From Ignavibacteriota bacterium (lineage in GTDB: Bacteria; Bacteroidota; Ignavibacteria; UBA10030; UBA6906), in NCBI GenBank assembly GCA_963801355.1, contig CAWDEM010000008.1:2496001-2560000 (forward strand): a DNA stretch of 64,000 bases. The letters are read 5' to 3'. The number at the start of each line of letters is the position of its first letter. Position 1 is the first letter of the stretch. The notes beneath the pieces were generated by a model that was given only the letters and a program-made list of their open reading frames with translations, was not told the origin of the DNA and did no database searches. Positions 37,497 to 47,058 of the stretch are shown here, in pieces. The position numbers were made by a program, and so were the translations under genes.

Positions 37497-38750
37497 ATGC
37501 CTACTGCTCCTGCTTCCATCTATGGCGATTGCCTGTTCTGCGGTACCCCCTTGCGACGCACCTTCGTCGACCTCGGGATGTCGCCCTTGTGCGAAAGTTA
37601 CGTCAGTGCCTCACACCTCAACTCCATGGAGCCGTTTTACCCTCTTCATGTGTTCGTGTGCGAGAAGTGTTTCCTGGTGCAGCTCCAGGAATATGTTAAC
37701 CCGGCCGACATCTTTTCCGAATACGCGTATTTCTCGTCGTACTCGGACAGCTGGGTCGAGCACGCACGGCGGTATACCGAAATGATGGAAGGCCGGTTCG
37801 GTCTCACATCGCGAAGCCTTGTTGTAGAACTCGCCAGCAATGATGGATACCTGTTGCAGCACTTCGTCAAGCGCGGCATTCCGGTGCTGGGCATCGAGCC
37901 CGCTGCAAATGTCGCCCGGGCAGCCGAGGAACGCAACGTACCAACGCTTGTGGAATTCTTCGACGACAAGATGGCCCGTCGCCTCGCAGCCGAAGGAAAG
38001 CATGCGGATGTCATTGCGGGGAACAACGTGCTCGCCCAGGTGCCGGGGGTAAATCCTTTCGTCGAGGGCATGCGCATCCTGCTCAAGCCGGAGGGTGTTG
38101 TGACGATTGAGTTCCCGCATCTCATGCGTTTGATGCAGGAGAACCAGTTTGACACTATTTACCACGAGCATTTCTTCTATTTCTCATTTATCGCCGCCGA
38201 GAAGGTCTTCGCCGCGCATGGCCTGACGCTGTTCGATGTGGAGGAGCTTCCGACACATGGCGGCTCACTCCGCATCTTCGGGCGCCACGAGAAGAACACA
38301 CAACTGCCGGTCACCGAACGTGCACAAGAGCTGAAGCAGCGCGAGCTGAATGCCGGCCTCCTTCGCCTCGAGACCTACGAATCCTTCGATGAGCAGGTGC
38401 GGGAAACAAAACGCAAGCTGCTCGAGCTCCTGATCACCCTGAAGCGCCAGGGGAAAACCATAGCAGGCTACGGCGCCCCGGGAAAAGGCAATACGCTACT
38501 TAATTATTGCGGTATCCGGCACGACTTCCTGGACTACACGGTTGATCGGAACCCATATAAACAGGGGAAATTCCTCCCCGGAACACACGTGCCGATTCAT
38601 TCCCCGGAGCGCATCCGAGAAACGAAGCCCGATTACATCATGATTCTCCCGTGGAATTTCAAGGACGAAATCATGCAGCAGATCAGCTACATCCGTGAAT
38701 GGGGTGCGCAATTCATCATCCCCATTCCCGAAGCCCGCATTATCCCATGA
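37497..38750 (+). CDS. NDP-sugar C-methyltransferase
   Basis: Zn-binding CLFC/CEKC, VELASNDG, FDTIYHEH, THGGSLR, YGAPGKGNTLLNYC, PWNFKDEI. Confidence 0.9.
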   Translation: MPTAPASIYGDCLFCGTPLRRTFVDLGMSPLCESYVSASHLNSMEPFYPLHVFVCEKCFLVQLQEYVNPADIFSEYAYFSSYSDSWVEHARRYTEMMEGRFGLTSRSLVVELASNDGYLLQHFVKRGIPVLGIEPAANVARAAEERNVPTLVEFFDDKMARRLAAEGKHADVIAGNNVLAQVPGVNPFVEGMRILLKPEGVVTIEFPHLMRLMQENQFDTIYHEHFFYFSFIAAEKVFAAHGLTLFDVEELPTHGGSLRIFGRHEKNTQLPVTERAQELKQRELNAGLLRLETYESFDEQVRETKRKLLELLITLKRQGKTIAGYGAPGKGNTLLNYCGIRHDFLDYTVDRNPYKQGKFLPGTHVPIHSPERIRETKPDYIMILPWNFKDEIMQQISYIREWGAQFIIPIPEARIIP

Positions 38751-38769
38751 TGGACCGAAGGAGTCAGCC

Positions 38770-39564
38770 ATGAAAGTTGTCCTTTTCTGCGGCGGCATGG
38801 GCATGCGCCTGCGCGAGTATTCCGAAACCATTCCGAAGCCCATGGTGAACGTCGGACACCGGCCCATTCTCTGGAACGTCATGAAGTATTACGCTCACTA
38901 CGGACACAAAGACTTCATTCTCTGCCTCGGCCATCAGGGGGATGTGATCAAGCAGTATTTTCTGAACTACAACGAAGCCCTCTCAAACGATTTCGTTCTC
39001 TCGGGTTCAGGAGACAATGTCCGGCTGTTCGGAAGCGACATTGAGGACTGGACGATCACCTTCGCCGACACGGGACTCACTGCCTGCATCGGACAGCGGC
39101 TCCGTGCCGTTCAGAAATATGTCAAAGATGAGGAGGTCTTCCTGGCGAACTACTCGGATGGCCTTTCCAACCTGCCGCTCAACGATGTCATTGCGCACTT
39201 CCGCGCCCACAACAGTGTCGCCAGCTTCGTCTCCGTCAAACCCAGCCAGAGTTTTGATGTGATCGTCTCCAGGGATGGGGTCCACGTCGACGAACTGCAG
39301 CCGATCGCCCAAACGGGCGTCAGAATGAATGCCGGGTACTTCACCTTCAAACAGGAAATCTTCGACCACATGCGGGAGGGAGAGGAACTCGTGTACGAAC
39401 CCTTCCGTCGACTCATCGCAAAGAAACAGCTTGTGACATATCGTTATGACGGCTTCTTCATGTGTATGGATACGTTCAAGGAAAAGCGAACAATTGACGA
39501 CATGGTTGCCAACGGCAACGCCCCCTGGGAAGTCTGGAAACAGTCGGGCGCACCGGCCACCTGA
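38770..39564 (+). CDS. rfbF: Glucose-1-phosphate cytidylyltransferase-like nucleotidyltransferase
   Basis: GGMGMRL, PKPMVNVG, DTG, NYSDG, NAGYF, CMDT, APW. Confidence 0.8.
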   Translation: MKVVLFCGGMGMRLREYSETIPKPMVNVGHRPILWNVMKYYAHYGHKDFILCLGHQGDVIKQYFLNYNEALSNDFVLSGSGDNVRLFGSDIEDWTITFADTGLTACIGQRLRAVQKYVKDEEVFLANYSDGLSNLPLNDVIAHFRAHNSVASFVSVKPSQSFDVIVSRDGVHVDELQPIAQTGVRMNAGYFTFKQEIFDHMREGEELVYEPFRRLIAKKQLVTYRYDGFFMCMDTFKEKRTIDDMVANGNAPWEVWKQSGAPAT

Positions 39565-39575
39565 AGGGCGACGCA

Positions 39576-40223
39576 ATGAAACCACTGTTGTTGGGAAAAC
39601 AGCGCAAGTTCCACCTGCTCTGTCTCGGGGCTCACTCCGACGATATAGAAATCGGATGCGGCGGGACAATACTCCGGCTGCTGGAAGAGTATCCCGACAT
39701 GGCTGTCCACTGGGTCGTGTTCGGCGCATCGGGTAAGCGGGCTGAAGAGGCGATGGAGAGCGCGACGGCGTTTCTCACGGCCGCCCGATCCCCCAGGATC
39801 GATGTGAAGGGCCTCCGGGACGGATTCCTGCCGTACCTCGGGGGAGAGGTAAAAGATCTCTTCGAAGAACTGAAAGCCGGGGTCAACCCCGACCTGATCC
39901 TGACACACTACCGTAACGACCTCCATCAGGATCACCGGCTCGTCTGCGAACTCACATGGAACACCTACAGGGATCACCTCATCTGGGAGTATGAGGTGCC
40001 CAAGTACGACGGCGACCTTGGCACACCGAACATCTTCGTGAGCCTTACCGAAAAACTCTGCCGGCAAAAGACCGACCATCTCATGAAGCACTTTCGCACG
40101 CAGCGCAGCAAACGGTGGTTCAGCCGTGACGTCTTCATGGGACTCATGCGCCTCCGTGGCATCGAGGCGGCAGGCCCTTCTCCGTATGCGGAAGCCTACT
40201 ACGGACGGAAGGTGCTGATCTAA
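39576..40223 (+). CDS. PIG-L family deacetylase
   Basis: GAHSDDIEIGCGG and DLHQDH motifs. Confidence 0.88.
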   Translation: MKPLLLGKQRKFHLLCLGAHSDDIEIGCGGTILRLLEEYPDMAVHWVVFGASGKRAEEAMESATAFLTAARSPRIDVKGLRDGFLPYLGGEVKDLFEELKAGVNPDLILTHYRNDLHQDHRLVCELTWNTYRDHLIWEYEVPKYDGDLGTPNIFVSLTEKLCRQKTDHLMKHFRTQRSKRWFSRDVFMGLMRLRGIEAAGPSPYAEAYYGRKVLI

Positions 40224-40229
40224 TCCGCT

Positions 40230-42338
40230 TTAGTTACCGCCGGGGAGTTTCCAGAGCGTAGCATAACCGTTATTGAAGACCTGGGTGGCACCCGGCGTCT
40301 GCAACAGCACCTCGTGCGGTCCGGGCCACGCGCCCGAATCCTCTCGCACCACAAACAGGTAGTTGACTCCCAATCGACGGAGGTTGGCCACGAAGAGATC
40401 CGTGCGGGCGGGCGGCTCGGGAGACCAGTAGCTCGAGCTGTCGTCGGGTGTGCGGACAATGTCATGCAGCAACGGGGGGACCGTACCGTCACCCAGCACC
40501 TGGACCGGCACCTTGTCCAGCTGCCGTCCAAAGACCGGATAGGAGTGCTGTGCTGCCGAGCCAATGCACGCAATGCGGGAGTTCGCGGGGAGAGCATTGA
40601 TAGCTCGCCAGACCTCACCGATCGGATGCCCGTTTCTCCGGTAGGAAAAGATCTCTGTATCGGCATTCTTCTGAACAATCGGTTCCAGCAATAGCACCGC
40701 CGCAAAAACCAGCACTACCGCCGCCGTTCCCCCCCGCACGCCTGTTGCCAGCCTGAGGACCGATTCCCAGAACCGCTTCGGGATGACCAGGAGCGCGGCT
40801 GTTGCGCCCAACAGCACGGCAAGTTTCTCATGCGCACCATCCCATGCACCAATTGCCGCCACAAGCGAAAGCGCAAAGAAGACCTGTTGACCCCGCCGGG
40901 TCCGCCCCCACACCGTCGACCAGAGAATCATCCCGAGAAGAAATGGAAGGATCAGGAAACGAGGTTCAATCCGCAACACGGCCTGCGGATCGTTGTCTGT
41001 CCCCGAAAATGGCATGAATGGGAAGATCAGAACGCTCACAATGCCGATGAGCCCGAGGAGCAAGAGGAAATGCACCTGAAAAGCTGTCAATCCCTTGTTG
41101 CGTCTTGCCAGCGCCCATAATGCACCGGCGTATCCGGTGAACGCGAGGAGGCCGATTCCAAGCGGCCAATCGAACACGGAGAGGAGGATAAACTTCCATT
41201 GCTGGACATCGAGTGGACGGTTGGCGATCCAGGTCACGAGGCGCGTCCGCGTTTGCTCCGCGGCGCCGAATGGGCCGGAGAACACCAGCGCCTCGGCAGG
41301 ATACACCGGATTTCCGGTGTAGACAATATTCCGAATGTACCAGTAGCCACATGCGACAACCATCGCGCTTCCTGCCAGGAGCGCGGAGCTCATACGTTTC
41401 TCTCCTCTGGAAGCGAGAAGCCAGAGGAGCATGACCACACCGGGGACTGCAAACGGCGCTTTCACACCAGCCGCAAAACCTGCGAGAAGTCCGCTGTACA
41501 ACAGATCAGCGCGCCGCCTGCGCGATGGGATACCCGGCTCACGGGAATCCAGAAAGAACGTGAGCGCGCAGAGCATTGCCGTGGCCCCTGCAAAATCCAC
41601 CGCCGAGAACCTGCCGGCGGATACCGCGACCACCGGGGAAGCGATCATCAGGGCAAGACATGCCGCCGAGACCGGCACGGGGACGTCCATTTTCCTTGTG
41701 AGAGAAAAGACCGTGAACGCCAGCAGGCCGATCCAGAAGACCCCCACAAGGCCCACCAGTCCATCCGCGTGGAACGGGAGCATGTGCCAGAGCGAGAGGA
41801 TTTCCGAATTGAATGGATAATAGGTGGAGAGGCTTGAACCGAAAAGAGAGATCTTTTCCTCGGCGAGCCAATGGGCTATGGAAGAGGCATGATAGGACAG
41901 GTCATCCGAGCTGTAGCTGGGGCCTTTCACGAGCAGGCGGATCGCCGGGGGCAGCACAAACACAACGACGAGGGCAAGGGCAATGCCCGCTGCGATGGAA
42001 TTCGCCGGGCCGGCGGGAGCTTCTTTCCCGCGCACCGCGGGGACATCGGCCTGCAGCCTCCTCCGAGACCCACCCGGGAGCACACCATGCCCCCAGAAGA
42101 GCAGTGCATTCAGAACCAGGAGGAAAATGAGTATCGGCCCGATCGAGAGCAGCCCTGCGGACCCGAGCACAAGAACGGCGAGGTACACGACAAGAGGATA
42201 ACCTGCCACCGCCGCAAGCGCTACATGGGATTTCTCACAACCGCGGAACGCACGCGCTGCGAGCAGGTACGCAGCCGATGCAGCCGTCAGATTCTGCACG
42301 CAGAAGACGATTGTCTGCAGAAGCACACCGTTCGACAT
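40230..42338 (-). CDS. Large multi-pass membrane protein, GT-C (ArnT/PMT-like) glycosyltransferase candidate
   Basis: SSDDLSYH, YYPFNSE, GFAAGVKAP, WYIRN...GNPVYP, RFLILP; many TM helices. Confidence 0.6.
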   Translation of the reverse strand: MSNGVLLQTIVFCVQNLTAASAAYLLAARAFRGCEKSHVALAAVAGYPLVVYLAVLVLGSAGLLSIGPILIFLLVLNALLFWGHGVLPGGSRRRLQADVPAVRGKEAPAGPANSIAAGIALALVVVFVLPPAIRLLVKGPSYSSDDLSYHASSIAHWLAEEKISLFGSSLSTYYPFNSEILSLWHMLPFHADGLVGLVGVFWIGLLAFTVFSLTRKMDVPVPVSAACLALMIASPVVAVSAGRFSAVDFAGATAMLCALTFFLDSREPGIPSRRRRADLLYSGLLAGFAAGVKAPFAVPGVVMLLWLLASRGEKRMSSALLAGSAMVVACGYWYIRNIVYTGNPVYPAEALVFSGPFGAAEQTRTRLVTWIANRPLDVQQWKFILLSVFDWPLGIGLLAFTGYAGALWALARRNKGLTAFQVHFLLLLGLIGIVSVLIFPFMPFSGTDNDPQAVLRIEPRFLILPFLLGMILWSTVWGRTRRGQQVFFALSLVAAIGAWDGAHEKLAVLLGATAALLVIPKRFWESVLRLATGVRGGTAAVVLVFAAVLLLEPIVQKNADTEIFSYRRNGHPIGEVWRAINALPANSRIACIGSAAQHSYPVFGRQLDKVPVQVLGDGTVPPLLHDIVRTPDDSSSYWSPEPPARTDLFVANLRRLGVNYLFVVREDSGAWPGPHEVLLQTPGATQVFNNGYATLWKLPGGN

Positions 42339-42411
42339 AGGACAACCCTCCCGGGAACTCTACGCCGCGGATTCCGGATCCCGCCACATCCCGCACCTCG
42401 GCCTTCCGGTG

Positions 42412-43119
42412 TTACGCGTGGATCGCCACATACACACCCCGCCCGATCAGCCCTTCCTTTTCATACCGGGTATCCAATCCGCAACTCTTGAAGGCTGCCA
42501 GGTATTCCTCGTGCGAGTACAACCCCAGCTCGTGGAGTTCTGTGAAGTGCTCCACTCCCTGCGGGGTTCCCACGAGATAATGGAATTCAATGATGGATTG
42601 ATTGTCGCGCACCATGTTGGTGTTCATGCGGGCCACTTTGAGATCCGGTTGATCGACAAACGTCGAAAACACCGCACCGGGGCGGAACTCACCGGGTGAG
42701 AGCCAGGGCTCAACGACCAGGATGCCGCCGGAAACGAGGTGGTTGCTCATAGTGCGGATCGCCTGGTGCAGCTTCTCCCTGGTGTTGGCATAGCCGATAG
42801 CACTGAACAAACACATCACGACGTCGAACTTCTTCTCGAGCACAAAATCCATCATGCTGGCGCAATGGAACTCTACGTCCGGCAGACGCTGACGCGCAAT
42901 AGCCAGCATCTCCGGATCAATATCCAGGCCCGTGACGGAAAACTCATGCCGGAGATACTGTTCGTGCCCGCCTGTGCCGCAGGCCACCGCGAGGAGGGTG
43001 TTTCCAGCGGAACGCTTGTACCGCTTCACGAGGGCGAAGAATTCCTTGCTTTCTTTCTCCCAGTTTTTCCCCTTGGCGGTAAAAATCGCATCGTAGATAG
43101 CGGCGGATTTGTTGAACAT
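42412..43119 (-). CDS. Class I SAM methyltransferase resembling NDP-aminosugar N,N-dimethyltransferases (TylM1/DesVI-like)
   Basis: AAIYDAIF...GKNW, VACGTGGH, CLFSAIGY, VVEPW, HFTELHELGLY, GRGVYV. Confidence 0.75.
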   Translation of the reverse strand: MFNKSAAIYDAIFTAKGKNWEKESKEFFALVKRYKRSAGNTLLAVACGTGGHEQYLRHEFSVTGLDIDPEMLAIARQRLPDVEFHCASMMDFVLEKKFDVVMCLFSAIGYANTREKLHQAIRTMSNHLVSGGILVVEPWLSPGEFRPGAVFSTFVDQPDLKVARMNTNMVRDNQSIIEFHYLVGTPQGVEHFTELHELGLYSHEEYLAAFKSCGLDTRYEKEGLIGRGVYVAIHA

Positions 43120-43145
43120 GACCTATCCTCTGGAATGGTGTGCGC

Positions 43146-44354
43146 TCAAGGATTCTCGTTTCCGATGCCGACTATTGTTGCCGGGACACCGAGCTCTGCC
43201 AGCACTCCCCTCACTTCACGGTCATAGATGGGATTCAGAAGCACGACCACCGTCGGACGGTACTCCACGAGAAATTGCGGGGCGACGATGCGCTGTCCGG
43301 TGCCGGCGACACATGTGCCGTGTTTCCGGGGATTAATGTCGACGACATATTCGACGGCGGAAGCCCCTTTCACCAGATTCAGAAAGTTCGTGCAGCGCGC
43401 GCCACCACCCCACACGACAACGCGATCGTTCTTTGACGCATATGCATCGAACCGTTCTTCCCAGACCCGCAAGGTCCTTGCGGCCGCATCCGAAAATCCG
43501 TCCACGAGCCGTGTCACTTCCTGCACTCTGGCCGTTTGTTCTCTGACGGGAAGATGCGTCGGGCCCGACGCAGGCACTGCATCGATGCCGATGAAGAGCG
43601 GGCCGAATAACTCCCGCAGTCCGCGGACCTGGAAACCTGAGGAGGCGAACCCTGCGGCCAGAGAGGCCGGACTGTAGTAGGAGAAGTGCTCATAGACCAG
43701 TGCCCAGAGATCCCGGGAGCCGAGGTGGTCAAGCACATTGGGTACCTCGAAGAACACCGCGGTCCCGGTCCGCGCGCCGATGGACTGTCGCACTTCACGC
43801 AACATTTTTTGCGGCTCAGGGATGTGCTCCAGCACCTGGCGGCAGACAATCAGGTCGGCCTGATACGCGGAGTACCGCTCTGAGTACATATCCCGCACGA
43901 CCCGGATCCGGTCCTGTCCGCTGCGTGTTGCGGGCGCTTCCACATAGCTGGGATCAAACCCGATGCCGCGGCAGTCTGCACGTTCGCAGAGCAGAGCAAG
44001 GAAGTCGCCCTGCCCGCACCCGATCTCCAGGACCTGTTTGCCCTTCAACGCATACTGGCGGTCCAGCGTGCGCACCAGCTCCTCGACGTAGCCCTGAAAC
44101 ACTCCGGAATGATGGAGAGAGTTCTCGTAATTGGTGGTATAGGCTATCAGATGCGGATCGAACACGCTGTTGTACACGTGACCGCAGTCCGGACAGAACG
44201 TCAGGAGTATGTCTCCCCGCACGGTCCGGAGAGCTTCTTCACGCGAGGGCCAGAGGATGGTGTTGAGGACCGGCATCTGCGGCAATTCGAGAACCGGCCG
44301 CACATTCCTCAGGCCGCACACCGGACACGTGACGTACAGGGGAGAAGGAACCAT
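43146..44354 (-). CDS. Sugar C-methyltransferase-like SAM methyltransferase
   Basis: CPVC/CPDC, EIGCGQG, LEHI, YEHFSYY, WGGGAR, VDINPRKHG. Confidence 0.85.
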   Translation of the reverse strand: MVPSPLYVTCPVCGLRNVRPVLELPQMPVLNTILWPSREEALRTVRGDILLTFCPDCGHVYNSVFDPHLIAYTTNYENSLHHSGVFQGYVEELVRTLDRQYALKGKQVLEIGCGQGDFLALLCERADCRGIGFDPSYVEAPATRSGQDRIRVVRDMYSERYSAYQADLIVCRQVLEHIPEPQKMLREVRQSIGARTGTAVFFEVPNVLDHLGSRDLWALVYEHFSYYSPASLAAGFASSGFQVRGLRELFGPLFIGIDAVPASGPTHLPVREQTARVQEVTRLVDGFSDAAARTLRVWEERFDAYASKNDRVVVWGGGARCTNFLNLVKGASAVEYVVDINPRKHGTCVAGTGQRIVAPQFLVEYRPTVVVLLNPIYDREVRGVLAELGVPATIVGIGNENP

Positions 44355-44356
44355 GA

Positions 44357-45550
44357 CTATTCTCCAAGCGGAACGAGTTCCGCGACTACCCCCAGTTCCC
44401 GCAGCGCAGCGTCGATCTCGTTCCGGTAAATGGGATTCATGATGAACACAACATCCGGCCGGTACGCGCGGAGAAATTCCGGAGGCACGATCTCCTGTCC
44501 TGTACCGGCCATAAATGTTCCGTGTTTGTGTGGATTGACATCGACCGCGTAACGGACTTCATCCTGGAGTTTGAGGGACGTCAGGAAACCGACGCCCTTC
44601 GATCCCGCACCCCAGATCACCATGCGCTGCCCCTGTTCGTGTCTGGCACGGACGAATGCACCCCACCCGGTATTGCGGGCCGCGACCTCCCTGCCGAATT
44701 TCTCTGCGGCTGCGTTGACAGCAAGGACGCCTTCAACATCCTCCGTGCTTCCAGCGTTCCCCGGCGTGTCGGCATTGGCATCGATCATGAGATACTGGTC
44801 ATCGTATTCGGTCCAGACGTCATTCACCGTGAACCCTGCCCGCCGGAACACCCCCGCCAGGGACACCGCAGTGAAATATGAACAGTGCTCATAGTACATG
44901 TCCCAGAATGCCCCTTCCCGGAGTATGCGGATCACCTCAGGCACCTGGAAAAAGACTCTGGTGTCACGCTGCTCACCCAGCGCGCGCCGGATCGTCTGCA
45001 GGAACTCCAGAGGTGTGGCAATGTGCTCGAGCGTCATCTTACAGCAAACAAAATCCGCCCGCACATCGGCGAACCGCTCAGAATAGAATTCCTTCACAAA
45101 CTGCATGCGTTCTTTGGCCGGGCTGACTGTTCTCGTTTCGTCGTAGGCCGGATCAAATCCGATGCCCCGGTTGTCGCCCAATTCACACAGGAGAGTCAGA
45201 AATTCCCCTTTCCCGCACCCGATCTCCAGAATCTTTTTCTGTCTCAGACCGAACCGGTCAATCAAGCGCCTGGCAAGGTCTGTGTGGAATCTGACAAATG
45301 TTGCAGAGAAACCCTGCGTTTCTTCATATCGTGAGGAATACTCAAGGAGTGCGGGATCGAATGCCTGGTTTCCGATGAAACCGCAGTCGGGACAGCACCC
45401 GAGCACCAAATCCCCCCGCGGCATAGCGATCGCTTCCGCCCGGTTCGGAAAGAGGAGTACACTCTGCACGGGGATACGCGGGGTCTCGTAGAAGACCCGT
45501 ACGTGATCACTGCCGCAGGCACGACACATCGACAATGGCCCGGCGATCAT
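44357..45550 (-). CDS. Sugar C-methyltransferase-like SAM methyltransferase (paralog of 43146-44354)
   Basis: CRAC/CPDC, EIGCGKG, LEHI, YYEHCSYF, WGAGSKG, VDVNPHKHG. Confidence 0.85.
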   Translation of the reverse strand: MIAGPLSMCRACGSDHVRVFYETPRIPVQSVLLFPNRAEAIAMPRGDLVLGCCPDCGFIGNQAFDPALLEYSSRYEETQGFSATFVRFHTDLARRLIDRFGLRQKKILEIGCGKGEFLTLLCELGDNRGIGFDPAYDETRTVSPAKERMQFVKEFYSERFADVRADFVCCKMTLEHIATPLEFLQTIRRALGEQRDTRVFFQVPEVIRILREGAFWDMYYEHCSYFTAVSLAGVFRRAGFTVNDVWTEYDDQYLMIDANADTPGNAGSTEDVEGVLAVNAAAEKFGREVAARNTGWGAFVRARHEQGQRMVIWGAGSKGVGFLTSLKLQDEVRYAVDVNPHKHGTFMAGTGQEIVPPEFLRAYRPDVVFIMNPIYRNEIDAALRELGVVAELVPLGE

Positions 45551-47058
45551 GCTTCACTCTCCGTTATGACCGGCGATCGTTTTGTCCGTATGAGTTGCCA
45601 GATCTCGACCAGGAGCGGGCGCTGGATCAGCGCCAGCACGCCGACATACACAATCACTCCTGTCGCAACCAGAATGATCAACGAGGGCAGTGTCAGACTG
45701 GTCGACTGGAGAGCAATGAGTAACGAGCGGACACCCAGCACACTGATGACCATGATGACGCACGATAGGAACGGGGGAAAAACCGCCTCCCCCATCTTGA
45801 ACACCGTGCGCGGGAGTATCGATTGTACCTGATAGACATTGTACGCCAACCCCACCGCGTGCGCGAACACCACCGCGGAGGCGACACCGATGACCCCGCC
45901 CGACAGAAATGCGAATATCCCGATCAGCAACGCCGCCGTGACGACAAGGCCGGCCCGGAGATTGTACTCGGGAAACCCTGTTGAATTAAACAACGCCGAG
46001 GTTGTCGATGACAGGGGCTTGAGCAGACTCATGAATGTGAGCACCTTCAGTGGTGCAACGGCGGGGGCCCATTGCGCCCCGAGGAGCACAACCACAAGCT
46101 CCTCGGCAACGGCAAACAATCCTCCGGCGATAGGAATCGTAAGGAGGCTGATCATTCGCAGGCTCTTCAGGTAGGCACGCGACAACCTTTCCTTGTCCTC
46201 CTGAACCCGTGCATACGATGGGAACAGCACAGCGCCGATGATCCGGTTTATCGAATCCACCGTTCTACTGGTGAGATCAACAGCCCGGCTGTAGAATCCC
46301 AACGATTCGGTCCCGAGCACCCTGCCAACGACGTAGTTGTCCGTATAGGAATACAGCGTGTACACGGAGGCGCTCCCGACAATCCGCGCACCAAAACTTG
46401 AGATCTGTTTGACGATACCCCGGTCCCAGTTGGCCAGCCGCACCCAGCCCACGTCTGAGAGGAACAACCATGCCACCACGGCATTGGCCACCGCACCGGC
46501 GACCGCCCCGTACACGAGGCTCCACACTCCCCACCCGTTCCACGCCAATGTAATCGAGACCCCGACAGTCACGACTTCCGTGATGATCCCCATAATGCTC
46601 AGGCGTCCGAACTGGAGGTCTTTCTGGATGAGTGCCTCAGGGACTCGCGTCGTTCCACCCACCAATATGGTGAGGGAGAGCACCTGGAGGACGGGGACGA
46701 CCTGCGGATCGCCAAACAGGAAGCCCATCCAGGGAGCGGTCACGATGATCACGCCACACACGATCGCCGCTGCAACGACGTTGATCGCGAGCGCGGAAAA
46801 AGCAGCTCTGTTTCTGTCCAGAGGTGTCTGGATGACCGCGGTCGGAAGCCCGAGTGTGGAGAACAGCCCGACGATGGAGAGAACGACCTGGGCAAGTGCC
46901 ACCTGGCCGAATGCCGACGGCGTGAGCAGCCGCGCAAGGATGATGGAGGTAAAGATCGAAAAGACCCGCAGTCCGAGCGTCGAGGTTCCGAGGGAGATGC
47001 TGCCTCTAAAAGTCTTCAGTTTCAGAGAGTCGGTCGCCGTGGTGTCTTTCCTTCTCAT
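45547..47058 (-). CDS. wzx: Wzx-type polysaccharide flippase (WzxC-like)
   Basis: ILARLLTPSAFG, GWGVWSLV, DNYVVGRVLG...LGFYSRA, LLGAQW; ATGA overlap with the upstream stop supports start 47058. Confidence 0.88.
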   Translation of the reverse strand: MRRKDTTATDSLKLKTFRGSISLGTSTLGLRVFSIFTSIILARLLTPSAFGQVALAQVVLSIVGLFSTLGLPTAVIQTPLDRNRAAFSALAINVVAAAIVCGVIIVTAPWMGFLFGDPQVVPVLQVLSLTILVGGTTRVPEALIQKDLQFGRLSIMGIITEVVTVGVSITLAWNGWGVWSLVYGAVAGAVANAVVAWLFLSDVGWVRLANWDRGIVKQISSFGARIVGSASVYTLYSYTDNYVVGRVLGTESLGFYSRAVDLTSRTVDSINRIIGAVLFPSYARVQEDKERLSRAYLKSLRMISLLTIPIAGGLFAVAEELVVVLLGAQWAPAVAPLKVLTFMSLLKPLSSTTSALFNSTGFPEYNLRAGLVVTAALLIGIFAFLSGGVIGVASAVVFAHAVGLAYNVYQVQSILPRTVFKMGEAVFPPFLSCVIMVISVLGVRSLLIALQSTSLTLPSLIILVATGVIVYVGVLALIQRPLLVEIWQLIRTKRSPVITESEA

